Positions 51,148 through 60,662 of a DNA stretch of 64,000 nucleotides are shown in pieces. The notes under the pieces were generated by a model. The model had not been told where the DNA came from. It saw only the letters and a program-made list of their open reading frames with translations, and did not search any database. The translations under genes were made by a program, and so were the position numbers. This stretch comes from Arcobacteraceae bacterium (lineage in GTDB: Bacteria > Campylobacterota > Campylobacteria > Campylobacterales > Arcobacteraceae): positions 2,304,001 through 2,368,000 of the forward strand of contig OY759974.1 of NCBI GenBank assembly GCA_963662945.1, read 5' to 3'. Position 1 is the stretch's first letter, and every line of letters starts with the position of its first letter.

Positions 51148-51399
51148 TTAACCTTTTTGATTGTTATAGTGTATTATTGCAGCTGTGATTGCTGCTATTG
51201 TATCTTTTTCATCAGTAGTATTTGTAGCCTGAGGTTTCCATTGAGACAATTCTTCTTTAGGTTTCTCTGGCAAATATTTTGCTATAAGAATCGCTTGGGC
51301 CTTAAGTGCAAAAATCATTACTATAAGAAATAGAAAAACTATTCCCATACCAAGAGCCATAAATTTTAAAGACTCTACGACTAAATTTATTTCTTCCAT
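51148..51399 (-). CDS. oadG: Sodium pump decarboxylase gamma subunit
   Basis: Single TM GMGIVFLFL and C-terminal IAAITAAIIHY. Start moved to ATG 51399 (GGAG RBS). Confidence 0.88.
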   Translation of the reverse strand: MEEINLVVESLKFMALGMGIVFLFLIVMIFALKAQAILIAKYLPEKPKEELSQWKPQATNTTDEKDTIAAITAAIIHYNNQKG

Positions 51400-51533
51400 A
51401 AATGTTCTCCATTTTATTTTAGTAACCAAATTGTAATTACTAAAAATTAAAATTTCAACATTTTATATTAATATTGCTTTAGTAAATATTTAATGCCATA
51501 AGAATGGCATTTTATTTTTAAAATTAATCAATT

Positions 51534-51608
51534 TTATAGGATTATTTCACACAATTTATAAATAAATATATCAACTTTATCACTTATATTTTTCAAGTTT
51601 TTTTTCAT
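51534..51608 (-). CDS. Candidate 24-aa microprotein MKKNLKNISDKVDIFIYKLCEIIL
   Basis: AGGAG RBS 5 nt before the ATG at 51608, TAA at 51534-51536. Divergent from the S24 repressor and below the ORF-track size cut-off. Confidence 0.5.
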   Translation of the reverse strand: MKKNLKNISDKVDIFIYKLCEIIL

Positions 51609-51673
51609 AAATGCTCCTGTTTGTAATTTAAATATTCGAAATAATTACATAAAAAAATAAAATATTTTAAAAA

Positions 51674-51725
51674 AATTGCATTTTGCAATTAAAAATTTGA
51701 CATTTATTGCAAATGTATGTATAAT
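51674..51725 (+). promoter_or_regulatory. Consensus sigma70 promoter with adjacent/overlapping palindromes (putative autoregulatory operators)
   Basis: TTGACA(51697)-N17-TATAAT(51720) with TG extension. Palindromes AATTGCA-TTT-TGCAATT (51674-51690) and ACATTT-N5-AAATGT (51700-51716). Confidence 0.75.
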
Positions 51726-51745
51726 TAGAAAAAAAGAGGTGTAAA

Positions 51746-52402
51746 GTGTTAAATATTAATGAAATCATTGAAAAATTACGAGATGTGCTTTCTAGTGAAA
51801 AAAAATCTGGAAAAGTTTTTGATAAAGATATTGCAAATGCGTTAGATTTAACAAGTGTTAATTTTGCAACTATGAAAAAAAGAAATAGTGTACCATTTTC
51901 AAATATACTTGATTTTTGTGCTTTAAAAAAAATATCAATTAATTGGCTATTATATGGACAAGATCCAAGTAGTCTAGTTGATAGTACAGACAGATATTGG
52001 ATAAAATATTTTCCAACAGTAAGTGTAAGTGCAGGAGGTGGGGCATTTGAGGGAGAAGATGATTTTGAAAAATTGGATTTACCAGATTTTTTTGTAAATA
52101 TTATTGGTGGTGAAGACAATTTAAAAAATATAGAAGCTATAAATGTTACAGGAGATAGTATGGAACCAACATTAAATAATGGTAACATTATATTTATTGA
52201 TAGAACGAAAAATGATACTGCTAAAGATGGAATATATGCTTTTGTGAATGAAAATGGATTATTTGTAAAACGAATTCAAAAAAGAATTGATGGTTCATTA
52301 GATATTATATCTGATAATAAGGAGTATCCAATGCAAATAGCAAATAAAAATGACATAACCATTTTAGGTAAAGTTGTAAGTTCTATAGGTAAAGTATTTT
52401 AA
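51746..52402 (+). CDS. CI/LexA-like repressor with S24 autoproteolytic domain
   Basis: N-terminal phage-CI-type HTH (DIANAL...SINWLLYG), VSAGGG cleavage site, GDSMEP Ser, FVKR Lys; GTG start with GAGG RBS. Confidence 0.9.
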   Translation: MLNINEIIEKLRDVLSSEKKSGKVFDKDIANALDLTSVNFATMKKRNSVPFSNILDFCALKKISINWLLYGQDPSSLVDSTDRYWIKYFPTVSVSAGGGAFEGEDDFEKLDLPDFFVNIIGGEDNLKNIEAINVTGDSMEPTLNNGNIIFIDRTKNDTAKDGIYAFVNENGLFVKRIQKRIDGSLDIISDNKEYPMQIANKNDITILGKVVSSIGKVF

Positions 52403-52455
52403 ATTTAATATGAATTTCGATTAAGTTTAATTTCAGTATTATTGTCAATATATTT

Positions 52456-52464
52456 TGCTATAAT
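52456..52464 (+). promoter_or_regulatory. Extended -10 promoter for the CNNM gene
   Basis: TGCTATAAT about 85 nt upstream of ATG 52548. Confidence 0.6.
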
Positions 52465-52547
52465 ATTCAAAATTTAATTTTAGAATGGAGTATTTGCTTG
52501 GACAGTCATTCCCCCTTGTGGTTAGTTTGTGAAAGAAAAGGTTATTT

Positions 52548-53606
52548 ATGGAATATTTAATCTTTTTATTTGTGTTGGTGATTGGTATATCATTTTTGTG
52601 TTCAATTTTGGAGTCAGTTCTATTATCTACAAATGCTTCTTATATAGCAGTATTGGAAGATATTAATCCAGCGGCTGGTAAGCTTTTAAAAAATCTTAAA
52701 AAAGATGTAGATAAATCTATATCATCTATCCTTATTTTAAATACTTTTGCTAATACCCTTGGTGCAACTGCTATTGGTGTACAAGCACAAAGTTTATTTG
52801 GAAGTGAGAGTAATCTCGTACTTATAGTATCTATATTCTTAACATTTTGTATTTTATTTTTTGCTGAAATTATTCCAAAAACTATTGGTGCTATATATTG
52901 GAAAGAGTTAGCTCCTATTGGTGCAAGAATTATTAATATCTTTATTATTATCACTTATCCTATAATAATCTTTACCCTTTTTGTAACAAGAAAGATTAAT
53001 AATAGTAGGGAAGCTGAAACTGTTTCAAGAGAAGAGTTGATTCATAGTGCTTTATTAAGTGAAGAAGATGGTGTTATTAATGATATGGAATCTGATATTA
53101 TTGAAAATGCTTTAATGTTAAAACAGAAAAAGATCAAAGATATTTACACACCAAGAAGTGTTGTTTTTTCTGTTCCTAAAGATACATTAATCAAAGATTT
53201 ACTTGATGATAAAAGAACATTTAAATTTTCAAGAGTACCTGTATATGATGGAACAATTGATAATATTGTTGGAATGGTATTAACGAAAAAAATCTTCAAA
53301 CATGCAATTAAAGATCCTGATGTAACAATTGAATCAATTATGTCGAAGGTTGACAGTATTAATGAAAATATACCAGTTTTAAAAGCTTTAAGTAGTTTTA
53401 TAAAAGCTAAAGGTCATATGTTAATTGTAACAGATAGTTATGATCAAACAGAAGGTATTGTTACTTTAGAAGATTGTGTTGAAACATTGTTAGGTTTAGA
53501 AATAATGGATGAATTAGATACAACAGAAGATATGAGAAAATTAGCAACCGCAAAAATGCGTGCAAGAAGAAAAGAAAAAGAAAATGAACAACTAAAAGCT
53601 GTGTAA
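52548..53606 (+). CDS. CNNM/CorC (DUF21 + CBS) Mg2+ transporter-family protein
   Basis: SFLCSILESVLLS, ILILNTFANT, EIIPKTIG, FSRVPVY, GIVTLEDCVE.LLG.EIMDE. Confidence 0.92.
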   Translation: MEYLIFLFVLVIGISFLCSILESVLLSTNASYIAVLEDINPAAGKLLKNLKKDVDKSISSILILNTFANTLGATAIGVQAQSLFGSESNLVLIVSIFLTFCILFFAEIIPKTIGAIYWKELAPIGARIINIFIIITYPIIIFTLFVTRKINNSREAETVSREELIHSALLSEEDGVINDMESDIIENALMLKQKKIKDIYTPRSVVFSVPKDTLIKDLLDDKRTFKFSRVPVYDGTIDNIVGMVLTKKIFKHAIKDPDVTIESIMSKVDSINENIPVLKALSSFIKAKGHMLIVTDSYDQTEGIVTLEDCVETLLGLEIMDELDTTEDMRKLATAKMRARRKEKENEQLKAV

Positions 53607-53613
53607 AGAGATT

Positions 53614-55488
53614 TTAACTCTCTACATAGTTTTTAAGGTTTCTTCCTACTTTTGGGTGTTTTAGTTTTTTAATAGCACTTGATTCTATTTGTCTTACTCT
53701 TTCTCTCGTTACATTAAGATTATTTCCAATCTCTTCTAGAGTTCTATCACTTCTATCTTCAAGTAATCCAAATCTCATTCTTACAACCGCTTGTTCTCTT
53801 TCATTAAGTTGACCAAGTATTTGATCTATTTGACCAAGTAGGTCATCATGCATAATATTATCAACTGGTGTTGGTGCTTGTGTATCGGCAACAAAGTCAC
53901 CAAATTTACCATCATCTTCATTTCCAATAGGAGCATCAAGAGATACAGGTTCTTTTGTAATTTTAATAACTTGTTTTACTTTATCAACAGTTAATCCAAC
54001 TTCTTTTGCAATCTCATCTACATCAGGTTCTCTTCCATTTTCTTGAATACCTTTTCTGATGATTTTATTAATTCTATTAATAGTTTCAATCATATGAATT
54101 GGAATTCTAATGGTTCTTGCTTGATCTGCAATAGCTCTACTAATTGCTTGTCTAATCCACCAAGTTGCATATGTCGAAAATTTGTATCCTTTTTTGTATT
54201 CAAATTTATCGACAGCTTTCATAAGACCGATATTACCCTCTTGGATTAAATCAAGGAAAGGTAATCCTCTATTTGTATATCTTTTTGCAATAGAAACAAC
54301 AAGTCTCAAGTTTGATTTAGCCATTCTATTTTTAGCTTCATCAGTGATTTTTTTACCTAACTTAATTTGTTCAAGAACTTCTTTAAGTTCATCTTCTTCT
54401 AAATCAAATCCACCTTCACTAGCTTGTGCAGTTTGGTAAAGCTTTTTAATTTCCATATATGTAGAAACCATTGTTGCTTCTGGAACCATACCAATAATAT
54501 CAGCTTTTGAAAGAGTTAAAATCTTATCTAATAGCTTTTGATGATTCTCAAGAAGTGTATCATTAAATAATGGTAGTTTATATTCAAGTCTTTTTAACTC
54601 AACTTCAAATCCATCAGAACTAGAAAGAGAAGTTTCCATAGCTTTTACAATTTCTGCAATTAATTTACTTGTAGGACCAAGTTCTATTAAACTTTCTTTA
54701 ATAATTTTCTTTTTAAATGCACATTGTAAATCAAATAATACTAAATCAGATTCATCATCACTTTTTGGACTTTCTTTTGAAATAAATTTTAACCAATCTT
54801 TTTTTGCTTTTTCAAGTAATTTAAAAGATTCAATTATTTTTTCAGCTCTTTTATCTAACTTTCTATCTTTAGTATCAAATTCATCATCTTCTGTTTCAAT
54901 ATCATCATCAATATCGTCATCAATATCATCATCGATGTCATCTTCATCTTCATTATCATCATCAAAGTTTTTAAATAATTCTTTAACTTTTCTTTCTCTA
55001 TTTACTAAAGGTTCTTTGTATTCTAAGATAAAATCTATAAGATATGGTACTGAACATATAGCATCAAGGATAGTATTTTCACCTTTTTCCATATTTTGAC
55101 TTATTTCAATCTCTTCCTCTTTTGTAAGAAGTGGTACTTTCCCCATCTCTCGTAAATACATTCTCACAGGAGAATCAGATCTACTCCATTCTAAAAGTTC
55201 TTTACTTTTTAAGAGGTCAAATTCTTCACCTTCTTGGTTTTCTTGTCTTTTTATTCTAGCATCTTCTTTTCTTTTATACTCAAGTTCATTTAATTTTTTA
55301 GCATGTTCTCTTGAACTAATTAAATTTACATTAAAAAGTTGTTTTTGCGCTATTATTTTTTTTACAATTGCTCCCGTTGGGGCTTTTGGAAACAATAAAA
55401 TTAGTTTTTCATACGTTAGAACACCATCTTTATTGTCTTTGAATATTTTGTCAATTAGTTTATTGATATCTTTAGTTTTTGCTGCCAT
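53614..55488 (-). CDS. rpoD: RNA polymerase sigma factor RpoD
   Basis: [48 protein letters not shown]. Confidence 0.97.
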   Translation of the reverse strand: MAAKTKDINKLIDKIFKDNKDGVLTYEKLILLFPKAPTGAIVKKIIAQKQLFNVNLISSREHAKKLNELEYKRKEDARIKRQENQEGEEFDLLKSKELLEWSRSDSPVRMYLREMGKVPLLTKEEEIEISQNMEKGENTILDAICSVPYLIDFILEYKEPLVNRERKVKELFKNFDDDNEDEDDIDDDIDDDIDDDIETEDDEFDTKDRKLDKRAEKIIESFKLLEKAKKDWLKFISKESPKSDDESDLVLFDLQCAFKKKIIKESLIELGPTSKLIAEIVKAMETSLSSSDGFEVELKRLEYKLPLFNDTLLENHQKLLDKILTLSKADIIGMVPEATMVSTYMEIKKLYQTAQASEGGFDLEEDELKEVLEQIKLGKKITDEAKNRMAKSNLRLVVSIAKRYTNRGLPFLDLIQEGNIGLMKAVDKFEYKKGYKFSTYATWWIRQAISRAIADQARTIRIPIHMIETINRINKIIRKGIQENGREPDVDEIAKEVGLTVDKVKQVIKITKEPVSLDAPIGNEDDGKFGDFVADTQAPTPVDNIMHDDLLGQIDQILGQLNEREQAVVRMRFGLLEDRSDRTLEEIGNNLNVTRERVRQIESSAIKKLKHPKVGRNLKNYVES

Positions 55489-55616
55489 GTAAATATATAG
55501 CCTTTGTAGTGTGAATTTTTTAATCTATATTATACCCAAACTTAATTGAAAAAATGATTAATTAATAATAATTTAGATAAAATGCAAAACATTTTAGATT
55601 GAAGGAAATAGTATAT

Positions 55617-56117
55617 ATGAATAAAATTACTGGAAAAGTATGGAATTTTGGTGATAATATAGATACGGATTTAATTATTGCTGCAAGATATTTAAATAGT
55701 AGTGATCCACACCATTTAGCAAAATATGTTATGGAAGATGCAGACCCTGATTTTGCTACAAAAGTGCAACCAGGTGATATCATTGTTGCTGGAGAAAATT
55801 TTGGATGTGGTAGTAGTAGAGAACATGCACCAATAGCTCTAAAAGCAGCAGGTGTTGCAGCTGTTGTTGCTCCTAGTTTTGCTAGAATATTTTATAGAAA
55901 TGCTTTTAATATGGGACTACCAATATTTGAACTTCCAGACGCTTTAGATATTAAAGAAGGTGAACTAATCTCTATTGATTTAGATGCTGGAACAATAGAA
56001 AATATAGATAAAGAAAAAACATATAATTTTACGCCGATTCCTCCATTTATGCAAGAATTATTAGCAGATGGTGGATTAATGAATTATGCGAAAAAGGAAG
56101 CACATGGCAAGTTATAA
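55617..56117 (+). CDS. leuD: 3-isopropylmalate dehydratase small subunit
   Basis: [36 protein letters not shown]. Start moved to ATG 55617. Confidence 0.95.
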   Translation: MNKITGKVWNFGDNIDTDLIIAARYLNSSDPHHLAKYVMEDADPDFATKVQPGDIIVAGENFGCGSSREHAPIALKAAGVAAVVAPSFARIFYRNAFNMGLPIFELPDALDIKEGELISIDLDAGTIENIDKEKTYNFTPIPPFMQELLADGGLMNYAKKEAHGKL

Positions 56118-57165
56118 TATTTCATTAATTAAAGGTGATGGTATAGGTGTTGAGATAGTTAATGAAGCTGTCAAAGTTTTAAATGCTGTTGGAAAAAAAT
56201 TTAATTTAGAATTTAATTATTCTGAATATTTAATGGGTGGATGTGCAATTGATGCAACTGGGAATCCTCTTCCACAAGAAACTATTGACGGTGTATTAGC
56301 AAGTGATGCTTGTTTGTTTGGTGCAATAGGTGGACCAAAATGGGATTCACAACCTAGAGAACTTAGACCAGAATCTGGATTATTAAGATTTAGAAAAGAG
56401 ATGGGTGTGTTTGCTAATCTTAGACCAGCAGTTGTTTATGATGAACTAGTTGATGCAAGTAGTTTAAAACCAAGTGTTATCAAAGGTGTTGATATTATGG
56501 TTGTAAGAGAACTTATTGGTGGTATATATTTTGGTGAACCAAAAGGTAAAACTGAAGAGAAGGGATGGAATACAATGGTATATACTGTTCCTGAAATAGA
56601 GAGAATTGCACATGTCGCATTTAAATTAGCAATGAAAAGAAATAAAAAAGTATGTTCTGTAGATAAGGCAAATGTTCTTGATGTTTCACAACTTTGGAGA
56701 GATACAGTAACTAGAATTTCAGTACAGTATCCAGAAGTAGAATTATCACATATGTATGTAGATAATGCAGCAATGCAACTTATAGCAAATCCAAGACAAT
56801 TTGATGTAATGTTAACTGGAAATATTTTCGGTGATATTTTATCTGATGAAGCATCAATGTTAAGTGGTTCAATTGGTCTTTTACCTTCAGCTTCAACAGG
56901 TGAAAAGACAGCTGTATATGAGCCTATTCATGGAAGTGCACCTGATATTGCAGGATTAGGTATTGCAAATCCTATTGCCACAATTTCAAGTGCTAGTATG
57001 ATGCTTCGGTATTCATTGGATGAAGAAGCTGCAGCTGATGCAATTGATGCTGCTATTAAAAAAGCAATGGCTAATGGTTACAGAACAGGTGATTTAGCTG
57101 CTTATGATTGTAAAGAGAAAGTAAATTGTTCACAAATGGGTGACATTATTGCTAGTTATATATAA
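56104..57165 (+). CDS. leuB: 3-isopropylmalate dehydrogenase
   Basis: [53 protein letters not shown]. Start moved to ATG 56104. Confidence 0.97.
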   Translation: MASYNISLIKGDGIGVEIVNEAVKVLNAVGKKFNLEFNYSEYLMGGCAIDATGNPLPQETIDGVLASDACLFGAIGGPKWDSQPRELRPESGLLRFRKEMGVFANLRPAVVYDELVDASSLKPSVIKGVDIMVVRELIGGIYFGEPKGKTEEKGWNTMVYTVPEIERIAHVAFKLAMKRNKKVCSVDKANVLDVSQLWRDTVTRISVQYPEVELSHMYVDNAAMQLIANPRQFDVMLTGNIFGDILSDEASMLSGSIGLLPSASTGEKTAVYEPIHGSAPDIAGLGIANPIATISSASMMLRYSLDEEAAADAIDAAIKKAMANGYRTGDLAAYDCKEKVNCSQMGDIIASYI

Positions 57166-57184
57166 TTGACGTTATAGTAAATAC

Positions 57185-57222
57185 AAAAAAAGGGAAAGGT
57201 AATAAGTACCTTTCCCTTTTTT
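57185..57222. terminator. Bidirectional rho-independent terminator
   Basis: AAAAAAAGGGAAAGGTA-ATAAG-TACCTTTCCCTTTTTT between convergent leuB and GGDEF genes. Confidence 0.9.
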
Positions 57223-57245
57223 ATGAATAAGTTTTAATAATCTTC

Positions 57246-59084
57246 TTAAAATAATTCTATTTGAACTTTTTCTTGATATCTTATAACTTGATCTCGTCCT
57301 TTTTCTTTTGCTTCATAAAGTGCGATATCTGCATTTTTAAGTACAATGTCAAAATTTGTAGAGTCATGTGGAAACATAGAAAAACCTACACTAATTGTTT
57401 TTCTTAGTTTATTTCCAGCATATATGTTAATTTCATTTTGACTTACTTTTGTTCTTATTTTATTTGCTATTTCAAGTACAGAGTTTTCACTGTCAACACC
57501 AATAAGTAATATGATAAATTCTTCTCCACCATAACGTACAACAATATCAGATTCTCTTACATTTTCACTTAAAATTCTACCTAACTCTTTTAATACTAAA
57601 TCTCCAACATCATGTCCATATTCATCGTTTACAGCTTTGAAATGATCCATATCAAGCATTAAAACACCAATATTAATATTTTCTCTTAGTGCTTGAGGAA
57701 TAAGTTTTGTTAAATGTTCATCTAAAAATTTTCTATTGTAAAGTTTAGTTAAACCATCTTTAAATGCAGAAGATTTAAGTGCTTCAAGAAGAAGTTTAAC
57801 AATTAAAGAAGGTGTCGCTTCCATGAAATAATTTTTGATTAATGGTATATTTCGAACTAATTCATCTAATTCTGCTTTTGTATCTAAAATAAAGTTAATA
57901 ATTAAGATAGATTGATCTCCAATATCAATAGAAGTACAATAATATAATTTCTCTTTATTTGAAAAATTTGGACACACTGAATGATCTTTAACACTCATAA
58001 CATCATTAGTACTTCTTACAACTCTACATAAATCAGGATTATTTTTTATGACATCAATACAATAGCTTTCATTTATTTTTGAATAAACTATTTCTGTTTT
58101 ATTATTTTGGTAGTTTTGTTCCATAAAATTAAAGTTTTTTAGTCTAAATCTATTTTGTAGAACCTGAGCAAGTCTACTATAGATTTCATATTTATCTTTA
58201 TCTACTTCAATCTCTTTTTTAAATTGATATATATCAGATAAATCACTAATAATTCTTTGAGAATTTAAAAGAGGATTATTTGTATGAGAGAGTTGATTTC
58301 CAATAAAAATATTCAGTTTATTATCTATATCTGTAAAAGTAGTACTTAATCCATTTACAAGTTGATTGTATTCATTAATTAGTTGTTCTGATTCATCAGA
58401 CAAACCTTTTCGTTTAATAATATTCGTAAAAATACCATTAGAGATATTTTTTATTTTACCACTTAGTTCATCTATTGTTTCAAGATGGGGTTTTAAAGCT
58501 CTATTAGCAAAGAAAAGAACTAAAAGAATAGCAATAAATGTAAATAGCATGATAGTAATAGCAAGTCTAAGACCAGAGGTTCTAATATCTGAGATATCCA
58601 TAACGATACTTACAGCACCTAATGTTTCACCATAAGAAACATCATGACATGTGATACAATTTGCAATATTGTTTTGCTCTGCTCGATAAGGGATAGTTAC
58701 TCTTACTGTCGTTTTATCAAAAGTTTCATTTAAGATATATTTCATTTTAGAAGTATTTAAAACTTCAATGTCAACTTTGTCTCTTGGTTTTTCTAGTCTA
58801 TTCGCTTTCCCATATTGTTTAATTACATTATCACCACGTATAATCCATAGTTTATCAATATGCTCTATATCAGAAACAGAATTGATATAAATATCTCTTT
58901 GGTGCATGTTATTATTAACCATGTAAGAAGTTAATCCATTTTTAACAACTTCAGAAATAGTTTTTGCTTTATCTATAGCAGATTGTATGCCATGTTGTCT
59001 AAAGTTTAATGACTCAATAATAGTAAGACCAACTCCAACAAATAACATAATAATAATGAGTTTAATTAATACTTTTTTTTTCAT
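57246..59084 (-). CDS. Membrane diguanylate cyclase with periplasmic heme-c (CxxCH) domain
   Basis: 2 TM flanking CITCH; RESD I-site; RYGGEEF; same architecture as 38514-40319. Confidence 0.9.
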   Translation of the reverse strand: MKKKVLIKLIIIMLFVGVGLTIIESLNFRQHGIQSAIDKAKTISEVVKNGLTSYMVNNNMHQRDIYINSVSDIEHIDKLWIIRGDNVIKQYGKANRLEKPRDKVDIEVLNTSKMKYILNETFDKTTVRVTIPYRAEQNNIANCITCHDVSYGETLGAVSIVMDISDIRTSGLRLAITIMLFTFIAILLVLFFANRALKPHLETIDELSGKIKNISNGIFTNIIKRKGLSDESEQLINEYNQLVNGLSTTFTDIDNKLNIFIGNQLSHTNNPLLNSQRIISDLSDIYQFKKEIEVDKDKYEIYSRLAQVLQNRFRLKNFNFMEQNYQNNKTEIVYSKINESYCIDVIKNNPDLCRVVRSTNDVMSVKDHSVCPNFSNKEKLYYCTSIDIGDQSILIINFILDTKAELDELVRNIPLIKNYFMEATPSLIVKLLLEALKSSAFKDGLTKLYNRKFLDEHLTKLIPQALRENINIGVLMLDMDHFKAVNDEYGHDVGDLVLKELGRILSENVRESDIVVRYGGEEFIILLIGVDSENSVLEIANKIRTKVSQNEINIYAGNKLRKTISVGFSMFPHDSTNFDIVLKNADIALYEAKEKGRDQVIRYQEKVQIELF

Positions 59085-59105
59085 TTATAATCCATTATGA
59101 TCCAT

Positions 59106-60065
59106 TTAAAATAGTTCAATAAAATTTTCTTGTTCTTTTTGAAATCTAAATACATTATTTCTTCCAACATCTTGTGCACAAATTAGTGCAGTTTCTGCAT
59201 TTTTTACAATTGTATTTATGTCTGTTGAATCTTCTGGAAACATTGAAACACCAATACAAACAGTTTTTCTAAATTTATCATTGTTTGGAGATAGCAAGTA
59301 TGTTTCTGCAAGTTTTTCTCGAAGTTTATTTGCTAATTCAATAGTTCGTTCTTCCGTATCTACATTGACAAGAAGTACTAAAAATTCAGCACCACCAAAA
59401 CGAACTGCAATATCTGATGAACGAATATTATACTTTATTGTATCTGCATATAGCTTTAAGAATTTATCCCCAAATTCATCTCCATGTTCATCATTTACCG
59501 CTTGAAATCTATCAATATTTATTAATAAAGCACCTAAGTTCATTTTTTCTCTAAGGGCTAGTGGAATGAGTGTTTTCATCTCTAGATTAAAAGAAATTCT
59601 ATTTTCTAATTTAGTTTGAGGATCAATTAAAGCTGAATTTTTTAATTCCAAAAGTATATGTTGGATATAAATAAGATTCATAGTTTCTTTAAAATAACTA
59701 TTAAAAGTGAGTTTATCGTATTCTGATAAATTGTCATTAGCAACAGTTATTTGCATAATAGACTCATTGGATACTTTAGTTGTATAAGAATATCTATTAT
59801 TCTTTAAAACACCTTGAGAATAGAGAACTTCTTCTTCAATATCAGAAATTAGAGATAGTTTAAAACAGTCTATTGAAAATTCTTTTTTTAATTCTTTGGC
59901 AATTTTTTCATAAAGTACTTGAATAGATAAGTTATCTTCAATAGAGTGTTTAAAAAGATTAATTTGTGTTAATTTATAAATAATATCTTTAACTTCATCA
60001 ATATGTACTTCATCTACAATATCATTTAATCTTTCAATAAGAGTATCTTTTTTATTCACTATCAA
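59106..60065 (-). CDS. Degenerate GGDEF-domain protein
   Basis: RFGGAEF A-site, NIDRFQ instead of DIDxFK, intact RSSD I-site. Confidence 0.85.
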   Translation of the reverse strand: MIVNKKDTLIERLNDIVDEVHIDEVKDIIYKLTQINLFKHSIEDNLSIQVLYEKIAKELKKEFSIDCFKLSLISDIEEEVLYSQGVLKNNRYSYTTKVSNESIMQITVANDNLSEYDKLTFNSYFKETMNLIYIQHILLELKNSALIDPQTKLENRISFNLEMKTLIPLALREKMNLGALLINIDRFQAVNDEHGDEFGDKFLKLYADTIKYNIRSSDIAVRFGGAEFLVLLVNVDTEERTIELANKLREKLAETYLLSPNNDKFRKTVCIGVSMFPEDSTDINTIVKNAETALICAQDVGRNNVFRFQKEQENFIELF

Positions 60066-60068
60066 AAC

Positions 60069-60662
60069 CTATAAATATTTGAGCCATGACTTAAGTGATG
60101 CTCTTTGTTTAAATAAGGTAGTACTATTACCATGTCCTGGATAAATAGTAATATCTTTTTCCCAAGTTAAAATTTTATTGATACTTTGTATCATATCAGA
60201 AGGATTCGAATAAGGAAAGTCAACTCTTCCAATTGAACCTTCAAATATAAAATCACCACTAAAAAGAGCATCTTCAATTTCTATTGCACTACAACCTGGA
60301 GTATGTCCTGGAAAGTGATGAAACTTGACTTTTATTCCATTAAAGTCAAATATCTCTTTATCTGATACTTGAATATCTGCTTTACTTGAAGGAGTTCCTT
60401 GAGAAAAGGGATCATTTTCTAACATAAAACAATCATCTTTTGGACAATAAATAGGGATATTATATTTTTCTTTTACCGCACTATTACTCCATACATGGTC
60501 AAAGTGTCCATGAGTATTAAGAATTGCTATAGGATTTGTTACATTACTGCTAATCCAATTTAAAGAATCTACACCAGGGTCTATGATAAAATCTTTATCA
60601 TTAATTGTAACAATATAACAATTTGTTTGATATGGACCCATTGGTGCTGATTTTATATTCAT
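60069..60662 (-). CDS. MBL-fold metallohydrolase (glyoxalase II-like)
   Basis: THGHFDH, PGHTPG, FSGD, PGHG. Confidence 0.92.
   Translation of the reverse strand: MNIKSAPMGPYQTNCYIVTINDKDFIIDPGVDSLNWISSNVTNPIAILNTHGHFDHVWSNSAVKEKYNIPIYCPKDDCFMLENDPFSQGTPSSKADIQVSDKEIFDFNGIKVKFHHFPGHTPGCSAIEIEDALFSGDFIFEGSIGRVDFPYSNPSDMIQSINKILTWEKDITIYPGHGNSTTLFKQRASLKSWLKYL

Noticed and set aside
51746-52402. Prophage around the CI-like repressor
   Set aside because: No integrase, replication, structural or lysis genes; the flanks are core metabolic genes.
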